Shown piece after piece: positions 27,515 through 42,049 of a DNA stretch of 64,000 nt. A model generated the notes under the pieces. That model was given only the letters and a program-made list of their open reading frames with translations, made no database searches and was not told where the DNA came from. How positions within the stretch are numbered: position 1 is the stretch's first letter; every line of letters begins with the position of its first letter. The DNA is from the human T2T-CHM13v2.0 reference genome, Homo sapiens. The stretch lies in assembly GCF_009914755.1 (NCBI RefSeq), contig NC_060926.1. One strand, written 5' to 3'. The position numbers were made by a program, and so were the translations under genes.

Positions 27515-28634
27515 TTTTTTTTTAATTTTAGGTTTGAAGTACACGTGAAGGTTACATAAACACATGTCACAGGGGTTTGTTGTACATATTATCATATCAC
27601 CAGGTATTAAGCTCAGTACCCAATAGTTACCTATTCTGCTCCTCTCTCTCCTCCCACCCTCCCCCGTCAAGTAGACCCCAGTGTCTGTTGTTCCTTGTGT
27701 TCATAAATTCTTATCATTTAGCTCCTACTTATAAGTGAGAACATGTAGTGTTTGGTTTCCTGTTCCTGTGTTAGTTTGCTAAGGATGATAGCCTGCAACT
27801 CCATCCATGTTCCTGCAAAGGACATAATCTCATTATTTTTTATGGCTGCGTAATATTCCATGGTGTATATGTACCACATTTTCTTTATCCAGTCTGTCAC
27901 TGATAAATGGGCATTTAGTTGATTCCATGTCTTTGCTATTGTGAACAGTGCTGCAATGAACATTTGTGTACATGTGTCTTTATGGTAGAATGCTTTACAT
28001 TCCTCTGGGTCTACAACCAGTAATGGGATTGCTGGGTTGAATTGTAGTTTTAGCTCTTTGAGGAATCGCCATACTGCTTTCCACAATGGCTGAAGTAATT
28101 TACACTCCTACCAACATTGTATAAGCCTTCCCTTTTCTCCACAACCTCACCAGCACGTGTTTTTTCTTTTTTTTTACTTTTTAGTCATAGCCATTCTGAC
28201 TGGTGTGAAATTGTATCTCATGGTGGTTTTGACTCGCATTTCTCTAATGATCAGTGATATTGAGCTTTTTTTCATATGCTTGTTGGCCGTATGTATGTCT
28301 TCCTTTTGAGAGGTGTCTGTTCATGTCCTTTGCCCACTTTTTAATGGGGTTGTTTTTCTCTTGTAAATTTAAGTTCCTTATAGATGCTTGATATCAGACC
28401 TTTGTCATATGCATAGTATGCAAATATTTCCTCCCTTTCTGTAGGTTGTCTGTTTACTCTGTTGATAGTTTCTTTTGCTGTACAGAAGTTCTTAAGTTAT
28501 TTAGATCTCATTTGTCAATTTTGGCTTTTGTTGCAATTGCTTTTGGTGTCTTCGCCATTAAATCTTTGACCATTCCTATGTCCAGGATGGTATTGCCTAG
28601 GTTGTCTTCCAGGGTTTTTATAGTTTTGGGTTTT

Positions 28635-29049
<415 letters not shown>

Positions 29050-29520
29050 CTAGTGCTTGTTTTTGTCAGCTTTGTCAAAGATCAGATGTAGATGTGTGGT
29101 CTCATTTCTGGGGTCTCTGTTCTGTTCCACTGGTTTATGTGCCTGCTTTTGTACCAGTACCATGCTATTTTGGTCACTGTAGACTTGCAGTATAGTTTGA
29201 AGTCAGGTAACGTGATGCCCTCAGCTTTGTTCTTTTTACTTATGATTGCCTTGGCTATTCGTGCACTTTTTAGGTTCCATATAAATTTTGAAATATTTTT
29301 TTCTAGTTTTGTGAAGAATGTCATTGGTAGTTTGATAGGAATAGCATTGAATCTGTAAACTGCTTTGGGCAGTATAGCCATTTTAATGATATTGATTCTT
29401 CCTATCCATGAGCATGGGATGTTTTTCCATTTGTTTGCATCTTCTCTGATTTGTTTGAGCAGTGTTTTGAAATTCTCATTGTAGAGATCTTTTACCTCCC
29501 TGGTTAGCTGTATTCCTAGG

Positions 29521-29521
<1 letters not shown>

Positions 29522-29556
<35 letters not shown>
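29522..29556. repeat. (TG)n microsatellite within L1 ORF2
   Basis: Perfect TG array. Confidence 0.95.
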
Positions 29557-29558
<2 letters not shown>

Positions 29559-30709
29559 CAACTGTGAATGGGATTGCCTTTCTGATTTGGCTCTCAGTTT
29601 GGTGGTTGTTGGTGTATAGGAATGCTAGTGATTTTTGTACATTGATTTTGTATTCTGCAACTTTGCTGAAGTTATTTATCAGCTAAAGGAGCTTTTGGGC
29701 TGAGACTACGGAGTTTTCTAGATATAGAATCATGTTGTCTGCAAACAGATATAGTATGACTTCCTCTCTTCCTATTTGGATGCCCTTTATCTTGCCTGAT
29801 TGCTCCAGCTAGGACTTCCAATACTATGTTGAATGTAAGTGGTGAGAGAGGGCATCCTTGTCTTGTACCGGTTTTCAAGGGGAATGCTTCCAGCTTTGGC
29901 TCATTCAGTATAACGTTGGCTGTGGGTTTGTCATAGATGACTCTTATTATTTTGAGGTATATTCCTTCAATACCTAGTTTATTGAGAGTTTTAAACATGA
30001 AGCAATGTTGAATTTTATCAAAAGACTTTTCTGCTTCTATTGAGATAATCATGTGGCTTTTATCTTTAATTCTGTTTACATGATGAATCACATTTATTGA
30101 TGTTTGCATGTTGAACCAACCTGGCATCCCGGGGATGAAGCCTACTTAATCATTGTGGATTAGCTTTTTGATGTGCTGCTGGATTTGGTTTGCAAGTATT
30201 TTGTTGAGGATTCAATGTTCATCAAGGATATTTCCCTGAAGTTTTCTTGTTTTGTTGTGTCTCTACTAGGTTTTGGTATCAGGATGATGCTGGCCTTGTA
30301 GAATGAGTTGGGGAGAAATCCCTCCTCCTCAATTTTTTAGAATAGTTTCTGTAGGAATGGTACCAGCTCTTCTTTGTATGTCTGGTAGAATTTGGCTGTG
30401 AGTCCATCATGTCCTGGGCTTTTTTGGTTGGTAAGCTATTTATTACTGATACAATTTCAGAGCTCATTATTAGTCAGTTCAGGGAATCAATTTCTTCCTA
30501 GCTCAGTCTTGGGAGGGTTTATGTGTCCAGGAATTTATCCATTTCTCCTAGGTTTTCTAGTTCATGTGTGTAGTGCTTGTAGTAGTTTTTGATGGTTGTT
30601 TTATTTCTGTGGGGTCAGTAGTAACATTCCCTTTGTCATTTCTAATTGTGTTTATTTGGATCTTCTCTATTTTCTTCTTAATTACTGCAGCTACTAGCCT
30701 ATTTCATTA

Positions 30710-31000
30710 GTTTTTTTCTTGAGATGAAGTCTCGCTCTGTCACCCAGGCTGGAGTGCAGTGGTGCAATCTCAGCTCCCTGCAACATCTGCCTCCTGGGTT
30801 CATGCATTCTCCTGCCTCAGCCTCCCATGCAGCTGGGATTACAGGCACATGCCACCATGCCTGGCTAATTTTTGCATTTTTAGTAGAGATGGGTTTCACC
30901 ATGTTGGCCAGGCTGGTCTCAAACTCCTGACCTCAAGTGATCTGCCCACCTCAGCCTCCCTAAGTGCTGGGACTATAGGCATGAGCCACCACGCCTGGCC
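30710..31000 (-). mobile_element. AluS inserted in the L1
   Basis: TSD tatttcatta. Confidence 0.92.
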
Positions 31001-32659
31001 TATTTCATTAACTTTTTTCAAAAAACCAACTCCTGGATTCGCTGATCTCTTAAATGGTTTTTCATGTCTCAGTTTTCTTCAGTTCATCTCTGATTTTTGT
31101 TATTTCTCGTCTTCTGCTAGCTTTGGGGTTGATTTGCTCTTGCTTGTCTAATTCTTTCAGTTGTGATGTTAGGTTGTTAATTTGAGATCTTTTATCACTT
31201 TGTGAGGTGGGCATTTAGTGCTATGAATTTCCCTCTTAACACTGCCTTAGCTATGTCCCAGAGATTCTGGTATGTTGTATCTTTGTTCTCCTTATTTTCA
31301 AATAACTTGATTTCTGCCTCAATTTCATTATTTACCTGAAAGTCATTCAGGAGTATGTTGTCTAATTTCCATGTAATTGTATGGTTTTATTTTCATTGTG
31401 TTGACTTCTATTTTTATTGTGCTGTGGTCCAAGAGTGTGTTTGGTATGATTTCGGTTCTTTTACACTTGTTGAGGATTGTTTTATGTCCAATTATGTGGT
31501 CAATTTTAAAGTGTGTACCATGTGGCAATGAGATTAATGTATACTCTGTTGTTTTTGGGTGGAGACTTCTGTAAAGGTCTAGCAGACCCATTTGTTCCAA
31601 TGGTGAATTTAGGTCCTGTATATCTTAGTTAATTTTCTGCTTCAATGATCTAATATTGTCAGTGGAGTATAGAAGTCTCACATTATTAATATTATGTGGC
31701 TGTCTATGTCTTTTTGCACCCAGATTCATAAAGAACTTGCTTTATGAATCTGGGTGCTCCTATGTTGTGTGCATATGTATTTAGGAAAGTTAGGTCTTCT
31801 TGCTGAATTGAACCCTTTACCATTATGTAATGTCCTTCCCTTGTCTTTTTTTATCTTTGTTGGTTTAAAATCTGTTTTGTCTGAAATTAGGATTGCAACC
31901 CCTGCTTTTTTCTGTTTTCCATTTGCTTGGTAGATTTCTCTCCATCCCTTTATTTTGAGCCTATGAGTGTCATTATGTGTGAGATGGGTTTCTTGAAGAC
32001 AGCATGCTATTGGGTCTTGCTTTTTTACCCAGCTTGCCACTCTGTGCCTTTTAAGTGAGGCATTTAGCTCATTTACATTCAATGTTGGTATTGATATGTG
32101 TGGATTTGATCCTGTCATTGTGCTGTTTGCTGGTTATTATGTTGGCCTGTTTGTGTGGTTGTTTTACAGTGACACTGGTCTGTGTGGTTAAGTGGGTTTT
32201 TGTATTAGCTGGTAGTGGTCTTTCCTTTCTATATTTAGTGCTCTTTTCAAGGTCTCCTGTAAGGCAAGTTTAGTAGTAATGAAGTCCCTCAACATTTGCT
32301 TATCTGAAAAGGATCTTATTTTTCCTTCATTTAAGAAACTTAGTTTGGCTGGATATAAATTCTTGGTTGAAGATTTTTTTACTCTAAGAATGTTAAATAT
32401 AGTCCCCCAGTCTCTTCTGGCTTATAGGGTTTCAGCCAAGAGGTCTGCTGTTAGCCTGATAGGGATCTCTTTGTAGGTGACCTACCCTTTCTCTCTAGCT
32501 GTCTTTAATGTTCTTTCATTTTGACCTTGGAAAGTCTGATGATTATGTGTCTTGGGAATGATCTTCTTGTGTGGAATCTTGCAGGAGTTCTCTGTATTTT
32601 CTGAATTTGACTGTTGGACTCTCTAACATGGTTGGGGAAGTTTTCATGGATGGTATCCT

Positions 32660-33033
32660 TGTATTAGTCTGTTTTCACACTGCTGATAAAGACATATCCA
32701 AGACTGGGCAATTTAAAAAAGAAGGAGGTTTACTGAACTTATAGTTTCATGTGGCTGGGGAGGCCTCACAATTATGGCAGAAGGTAAAAGGTAAGGAGGA
32801 GCAAGTCACATCTTACATGGATGGCGGCAAGCAAAGAGAGAGAGCTTGTGCAGGAAAACTCCCGTTTTTAAAACCATCAAATCTCGTGAGACCAATTCAC
32901 TATCATGAGAACAGCAAGGAAAGACTCACCCTCATAATTCAGTCATCTCCCACCAGGTCCCTCCCACAACACATGGGAATTATGGGAGCTACAAGATGAG
33001 ATTTGGGTGGTGACACAGAGCCAAACCATATCA
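32660..33033 (-). mobile_element. THE1 solo LTR inserted in L1 ORF1
   Basis: tgtattagtc...gccaaaccatatca with perfect 5-bp TSD ATCCT. Confidence 0.93.
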
Positions 33034-33192
33034 ATCCTGAAATATATCTTTCAAGTTATTTACTTTGTTCCCCTCCCTTTCAGGGATGCCAGTGATACAT
33101 AGATTTGTCCTCTTTACATAATCCCATACTTCTTGGAGGTTTTTGTTCATTCCTTTCTATTCTTCTTGCTTTATTTTTGACTGTCTTATTTA

Positions 33193-33778
<586 letters not shown>

Positions 33779-34561
33779 TGTCTTATTTTAGAGAACCAGT
33801 CTTCAAGTTCTGAGATTCTTTCCTCAGCTTGGTTTATTCTGCTGTTAATACTTGTGATTGCATTGTGAAATTCTTGTGTTATTCAGCTCTGTCAAACCTG
33901 TTAGGTTCTTTTTTTATACTGCCTATTTTGTCTTTCAGCTCCTGTATCACTTTACTATGATTTTTATTTTCCTTGGACTGGGTTTTGCCATCCTCCTGAA
34001 TCTTGATGATCTTTGTTCCTATTCATATTCTGAACACTGTGGAAATGACAACGAAGGATTTAGAATATTACATAATCAACTTAGTTGATAAAGCAGTAGC
34101 AGGGTTTGAGAGAACTGTTTTTTCCCTTCAATTTCCACTTTATCCAGTACTTATATTGCTTTGTGTTTGAAATTTCCTGATATTTTCTATCTTCATTATT
34201 TTGTTTTCCTTTTCTGAAGCATTTTAATTCAGATGTTTCTCTTTTAGGTTCTTTACATGTGAACCTGTTTCCCTTATTGTGGAAGTAATCCATTTTCTTT
34301 GCATATGAGTTGGGAAATCAGAACTAAGAAAACCAAATTGGAAGGGAAAAAAAGCCCCCTTAATCTCAACACTCACACATAATGAATATTGTTGACATTT
34401 CAGAATATATCTACCCTGATTTTTACTTAATAGACACCCAACGGGAAAATGACAGAAGCTTAGAGTAAAAAAAAAAAAAAAATCTAGTTAGAAATGACCC
34501 ATAAGATTTTACAATTCACTAAGCATTTTCCATCTTTTTCTGTGGCCTGAATAGCCAGTGA

Positions 34562-34925
<364 letters not shown>

Positions 34926-35527
34926 TTTTGTATGTGTGTGGGTGTTGGAGGATATAAGCCATTCACAATTATAACTAGTATGTTAGGTCTTACTTCTTCT
35001 TTCCTGAGTTACTTTAAAATAAAAGTCCCACTACTTTTCTTGAGACTTAATCCTTTTTCCCCCAAAACTACATTTCAATCTGCTTCTATCAGCCTCACAG
35101 TCAATGAAAATCTTTTCAAAAGACCAATGAATGTCACTCCGAGTTTGGGGGGTTGTAAGCTGTTTTCATCTTATTCTATGTTTTGTTAGATATTTTATTA
35201 GAAAGTCAGAAGACATTGTATCAGGGTTGCTAGCTAGAAACCAGTTTCTACTCCTTAAGATCCAACTCAAGGTACATGGTATGCAAAACCACTTCTGAAT
35301 TACCATGAAAACTATGCTAGTAATGGAATGGGGGTTGGCAGTGGTAAAAACTGTACAGCACACCATAGTGTAACAGAGTAATATACAGGTGTTCAGAAAG
35401 AACTGACATCAATCATATCCCAGATTCCTAAACCCTCCTGCTCCCAAATGAAGGATAAAGAAGGCTTCTCCGAAATACTTACTCCTATGACCTGAAATCA
35501 TATAACAGTTTCAAAATTATGTTGCCA

Positions 35528-35843
35528 GGCCAGGCACGGTGGCTCACGCCTGTAATCCCAGCACTTTGGGAGGCTGAGACAGGCAGATCACTTGAGGCCA
35601 GGAGTTTAAGACCAGCCTAGCCAACATGGCGAAACCCCATCTCTACTAAAAATGCAAAAATTTGCCAGGGATGGTGACACATGCCTGTAGTCCCAGCTAC
35701 TCAGGAGGCTAAGGCAAGACAATGGTTTGAGCCTGGACTGTGGAGGTTGCAGTGAGCCGAGATTGAGCCACTGCACTCCCGCCTGGGTTACAGAGTGAGA
35801 CTCCACCTCCACAAACAAACAAACAAAAAACAACAAAAAAACC
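35528..35843 (+). mobile_element. AluS
   Basis: TSD caaaattatgttgcca. Confidence 0.93.
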
Positions 35844-36055
35844 CAAAATTATGTTGCCAAGCTAGTATTACCTGTAAAACATTAGGGTTGGGGGAATTTG
35901 AGCAAACAATTGTTTATCTGCTCAGCCCTTCTTAAGGCCTGGTATTTACTGCAATATTGGAAGCTGCCATGCATATATCTGTCATTGCTTACCTAGATCT
36001 CCAGAAAAAAAGTTACAATTTTTAAAGCTTCTCAACTGTCTTTCCTCAATCTCTT

Positions 36056-36112
36056 TGTGTGTGTGGGTGTGGGTGTGTGTGTGTGTGTGTGTGTGTGAAT
36101 GTGTATGTGTGT
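36056..36112. repeat. Imperfect (TG)n microsatellite
   Basis: TG array with interruptions. Confidence 0.9.
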
Positions 36113-36362
36113 CTCTGCAAGCCCCTAGCTTTCCAGCACTTTTCCATGTACCTTGTCTCTGAGTTTGCTAAACTCTTGAATGTAGGAGTGCACAGCTGAC
36201 CCACAGCTCAGACATCTGGCTTCTAATAGCCCTGGTGCAATCCTGATCACTGGGGTTAAGAGCATGTCAGTGAGTGTTAACAAAGCTAGTGAAAATTGTT
36301 TTATGTTTTCAACAACATATATTTCATTCAGAGGCTGGATAAAGGAAGAGTGAAACCATTAG

Positions 36363-36731
<369 letters not shown>

Positions 36732-37502
36732 TTAAACTTCTTTTATGTCTTCATTTATTTTCAAAATGAAATGCAGAGTATCACATTTCCTATAAGCAAG
36801 TGAAAGCAACAAACTACAAAGTATAGAAAAACAACCTCACTACCATTCTGTTTTTTAGTGCTCCACTGTTCAAGCAATTAATTTCACATTGATCACTACA
36901 GAGAGTTATAGAACCACTGGGCTTCCTAGGATTAAAGGCAGAATCAGGGCAGGATAAAGGACCTCAGCTACCATGGTTTGGTACAAGGGTTTTATGTCAA
37001 TCCTCTAAGATTGATAAGAGTCTTGTTTGATTTAAATTCTGGGAATATTCTAGAATGGTCTACAGTTGCTGAGAGAAATGTCATAAACAAATCTAGCCAG
37101 AACAAGGCTGAGGGCAGGGACCCTCTGCAGTAGTTACTGTGTAATGTGAACTACACTTAGAAGGCATATCAGAGTGTGGAGTATATGCAAATCTATTTGG
37201 TTAAACATGGGCTCTCACGTGAGGATGTTCAGATATCAACTAATTAGTCTGATATTTGTTTCCTCTTTTAATCAACATGGTAAGAAAAATATAAATATCT
37301 TCCTCCAAGGTACTATCACTCTGGTCTGTTACCAGATGAAGATGTTTCTTGGTCATTCCAGATGAGGCCCCCCACCAATGAATTTTTAAGTTATTCTAAA
37401 GCTAACTGTATCCATTTCTTTTGTAATAAACTGGCAGTAAAATATTATAGCTGTTGAGTTACATGTATCATCAATCTTCCACTTTTCCAGTTCTTTCTTT
37501 AC

Positions 37503-37640
37503 CTGTCTGTTGAAATCCTCTTCATTCTCCATCCACATGTACTCTGCAAATGGGTTTTCCTTTTCATCGTGCCCACTTAACCCCTGGTCCTCTTTGGATT
37601 TTACACTCGGTGATGTATTTGCCATATTGGATCCATTCAT
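37503..37640 (-). CDS. PAIP2B: PAIP2B coding exon 2 (aa 1-46); full exon 37503-37651 including 11 nt of 5'UTR
   Basis: Translates MNGSNMANTSPSVKSKEDQGLSGHDEKENPFAEYMWMENEEDFNRQ. Acceptor tctctttAG|GTTCC at 37652, donor CAG|GTAAAG at 37502; 138 nt, phase 0. Confidence 0.97.
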
Positions 37641-40600
37641 TATGATGGAACCTAAAGAGAAGCAAAAGAAAAGATAAAATGAATATAAGGATAAAGGAAA
37701 TGTAGAGACCTAAAACATGCAGATTCTGTCAGAAGCTTCTGAAATTCTAAGTCAAAGATTTTAACTATAGATAAACAGAAACTTAGTCTGTAACTCTTAT
37801 AAAACCATCCATATCCTGCAGTTATCAACTAGACAGATGTACAATTATTTAAGAGTTAAAAGAAAAGATGTCTATTAACACTTAGGCTCACTTAGTCTTT
37901 CTAGGCAGGTGGGACAGGGGTGGGAGGGGTAGGAATCTTCCCATGCCAAATTTCTGTAGGTCCTGGAACCTAGTCAAGATCATTACAGCTTCCTTAACAT
38001 TGAAACAGTGAAAATGCATTCTTAATGAACATTGTAAGCACCTACTCCTTATTCTAATTCTCAAGCTGTTTTTCTTTAAAATGTATTTTAAAAAATACAT
38101 GTTTATCATATTGATAAGCAAAAAGGAAAAAACAAAAGCCACCTGTTGTCCAGCCATCCAGAGTTAAGAACAATTAACAATGTTGCGCATATAACCTTCC
38201 TGAATTCCCATATGTTTGTGTATACACAAACATACACACACATTTCCCAAGTATCCATTCTCAATAGTAATAGGATCATGTGATACAAGATGCCCCATCA
38301 TTTGCTTTTTCTCATTCCTATGTTGTTTAATAACATAGCCATACCATCTTTTGGGGGTGTTTCCAATGTTTCTGTTTATAAAGGTTCTCCTTTATAAAGG
38401 TCTTCTTTTCTAATTATTTCTTTTTATCTCCTAGAAATAGAGCTGTTACATTGGAGAGTATGTTCTCTTTTCTAAGGCTCTTGGCATTGCCACACTACTA
38501 TAAGAATTTAAATTCCCACCAGTGGTGTGGAAGTGCCCGTTTCCCAACATTCATGAGTACTATCATTTTCTAAACCATTGCCAATCTCATAAAACTTGCA
38601 TTTTTTTACATTTCCTTAATTTTTACTGAGGCTGATTATCTTAAGATATGTTTACTGGCCATTTATATTTCTTATTCTGTAATTTTACTGCTAAAGTACT
38701 TTGCCCATTTTTCTATTGGGGTATATATCTTTTCCTTATCTTTTGTAAAAACATTTATTATATTTGTTATAATTTTTATTTTTTATAAAATAATTTAAAT
38801 GAAAGTTTATAACTAAAATAAATATGTTATTCATTATATTTAATTTTTTATGGCAATTTTTGCCGGCCTTAAATTTTTCTAGCTCATATATATGTTTCTG
38901 TCTACAGCTTCGTAAAATTGTATGTACATAAAATTGTTTATTTTGGCTTCTAAACCCATTTTGATGTTTTTTGCTATCATTTAGAATACATCTTTTTCTG
39001 TTATTCATCTAAATCTTAACAATTCCTCAAAAATCATTCCAGTCTTCATTCACTACTTTCCTTCGCTATTTATTCACTGCTTCCCTTCTGTACTTAGTAC
39101 AGCATTAACACTACTTAATTGTTGTTTGATATGCATAATTTTTCTCCTTCCAATTAGATTCTCAATTCCTGACAAGCAAGATTGAGTTTTATAGATTTTG
39201 TAACTCACCACAATATTATGAGTTCCATAAATACCTGAGGCTTAATTGTATTTAGGCAACTTTCCCTCTCTAACTCATCTCTCTTCAACCTTGACTCCAT
39301 CTCTACCCCGACTCCCACCTTCCTTGGGGCTTCTTTAAGTTTCTATAACAAATTATTTCCCAGGGGTTGTTTCCATCTTGGCAACACTTGTGAATAAGTT
39401 ATTTTCTGTTTCTGGATACAGTAAAATATTCTTTCTTAGTTCTCTTTAAAGGTTTTTTGTTTTTATTTTTTGTTTGTTTTGTTTTGCAATTTCCTAACCT
39501 GTTATGGATATTAGAAATGTAATATTCTAAAAAGACAAGGTAAAATTGTGAAGAGCAAAGAATAGATGGAAAAACAACTCAGTAGTACATAGTTCTAAAA
39601 GAATTCATTTAAAATAGAACCCATTTAAATCACTGTAGGTTTAAATAAGGCTACTAATATGAAATATATCTGCTTAACATATTTTAAATAGAAACAAAAG
39701 AAATCAATGTCTATTCCAAATACAGATCCATAATAATAATTTCATAAGCTATAGAGGGAAAGAAACCAGTTCTTTATTTTTACCACTTCCATCTGTAGCA
39801 TAACAGTGATAGAAGCAAGTCTGTTCTAAATGCCAGGGCAACTGTATTTGCCCTGTAAGTAAGAGCACAGAGACTCTTAAAGGTCCTGAACCTTGCTGGG
39901 TAGCAAGATATACTGTACTATTATTTCCAAAGATTTGGCAGTTGTTTGCAACTAGCACACTGATTTCTCACCACCAATATGGAAAATCACTATAGAGAAT
40001 CAGAAATCAGAGTTCAGTTTTTTAAAAAAAAATCTTCCTGTGCCCAAAAAATAAGTCCTGAGTGTACATGATTGTAAGGCAAAAGAGAAAGGGAAGGCAA
40101 AGGAAGAAAGAAAGAAAAAAAAAACCCTTCTAATTCAAGAGCAAGGTGGAACACAGATAGCAAATTCCAGGATGTGCTTATTCATGAGAAAGGGAGTGGG
40201 GAATTACCATAAAATCTACAAAAACTGTTAATGAACTTAACGCAAATACTTCACAGAAGTTAAAAACACTGATATGGTATTGTCAATACTAGGCAAGTGA
40301 TTCTCTTACAATATTATACAGTGTTGATTTGTATTTTGTACTATTCAACCTGTGTTTTCCACACAATTAGAAAGTTTGGTGTTTCCAAACAGCAGCATTC
40401 CAACAACTTAATTTTTATACTGTTTAAAAATTAATAAAGCACTTTCATACCCACACTTTAAGGCACATAGTTCAAGAACAACATTGTTTTGTGGGCCTAC
40501 TGGGTGTGAGTGAACTGGTGCTTAATGTGCCCTGGCTTTACTAGCTAGGTGGCAATAGGGAGATTTTTGTTGGAGACTGGTAACTCCTAGGGAAGGCATT

Positions 40601-40809
40601 TGGATGTTTCCAACTTGGGGAAGACACAAGGGAAGACAGGATCATCACCCTTAACTTCCCTGAAGTTCCTGCTCCCAGTTTCATGTAACATTCTCTGTTT
40701 CCAGCTCTTCCCCAGCTCACGGTCCATGCTTGAGCACTGTGTTTCTCTAGTCATTCCATTTCACCATTTCACATTCATTATTTCACTTGATCCTCATCCA
40801 CACCAAGGA

Positions 40810-41187
40810 TGAAAGTCTAGTGTAGTGAGGACAAAGAAAATATGCCCAAAGCTTCCAGAGATGGGAGGAATGCTTGGTTACATAAATCGGGTTAAGAGGC
40901 TGAATGGCTGCCATGTTGTGAGTTACATTACAGAGAGGCTCATGGGAGAGGAAATGAACCATCATGTAAGTGAGCTTAGAAGTGCATTTTCCTCCCAGTC
41001 AAGCCTTCAGATGAGATAGCAGCCCCAGATGACAGATTGACTGCAACTTTGTAAGAGTCTCAAGCACAGGCACCCTGCTAAGCTACTCCCAGATTCCTGA
41101 TGCACAGAAATTATGAAATAATAAATATTAGTTGTTTTAACCTGCTAATCTTTGGGGAAAGTTGTCACCTAACAATAGCTTATACAG
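40810..41187 (+). mobile_element. MLT1-type MaLR LTR remnant
   Basis: gtcaagccttcagatgag...cccagattcctgatgcacagaaattatgaaataataaat...gttgttttaa. Confidence 0.7.
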
Positions 41188-42049
41188 GTATTCAATAAAC
41201 ACTGGCAATTAACTCTGCCACACAAACCACTATGTCACAACATCTTTTTATCTATCAAGAAGACAAATGTGCAATTTGAAATAGGTCACTGCTTGAGAAG
41301 CAGTTCTTTAAGAATTAGACCTCAACAGTAGATAAAGGAGTTTGTGTCTGGTCTGTGACTATATTGCATCTTGAAACCTAAGAACAATTTGAAACTTATT
41401 TCCCCTTCACCCCACTTTCCCTCTTATACACATGTCAAACATGCTGAAAATAAGAAATAACAGTTGTCACTTTGGCTGAAAATGGGAAAGCTCACAACCC
41501 TGTTAATAGTCAATACAGGGGTGCTAAGGCCTGCCAAGCATTTGAGTTGGCACTATCATGGTCAAGGGTCAAGACATATTTGTGTCTAAAATATGTGGCT
41601 TGAAATAGGGACTTATGTTCCAAGTTAGAAAGAACTCCAGGACTTTTAATGTATCTAGGATATTTCAAGGATACATGCTTCATCAGTTTAACACTTTAAA
41701 CACCCACAACTTTCAGATCCAACATGCTTATGCCAAAAACTAGCTATTCTTTGAACTTAAATAATATTTTTCAGAAGTTACATACCTGCAATGTGCCTAT
41801 GATAACAGTTTGCTAAGATTACTTAGGACTTTTGACTGAATTACCTGGAAAAAGTCTACTGAACAACTGAAATAAAAACTACTCCCTCCTATTTTGTTTC
41901 CTACAGTTTCATTACTTCCTTCAGTCTGGTTAATACCATTTTAAAAAGTAAATATGGTGGATGACAGCTTTAAATTTTATTTCAAATATTCTGCCACATG
42001 ATTCGGGTTTTGCTTTCTCTCAGCTACATCTTAACAACTAAGATCATTA

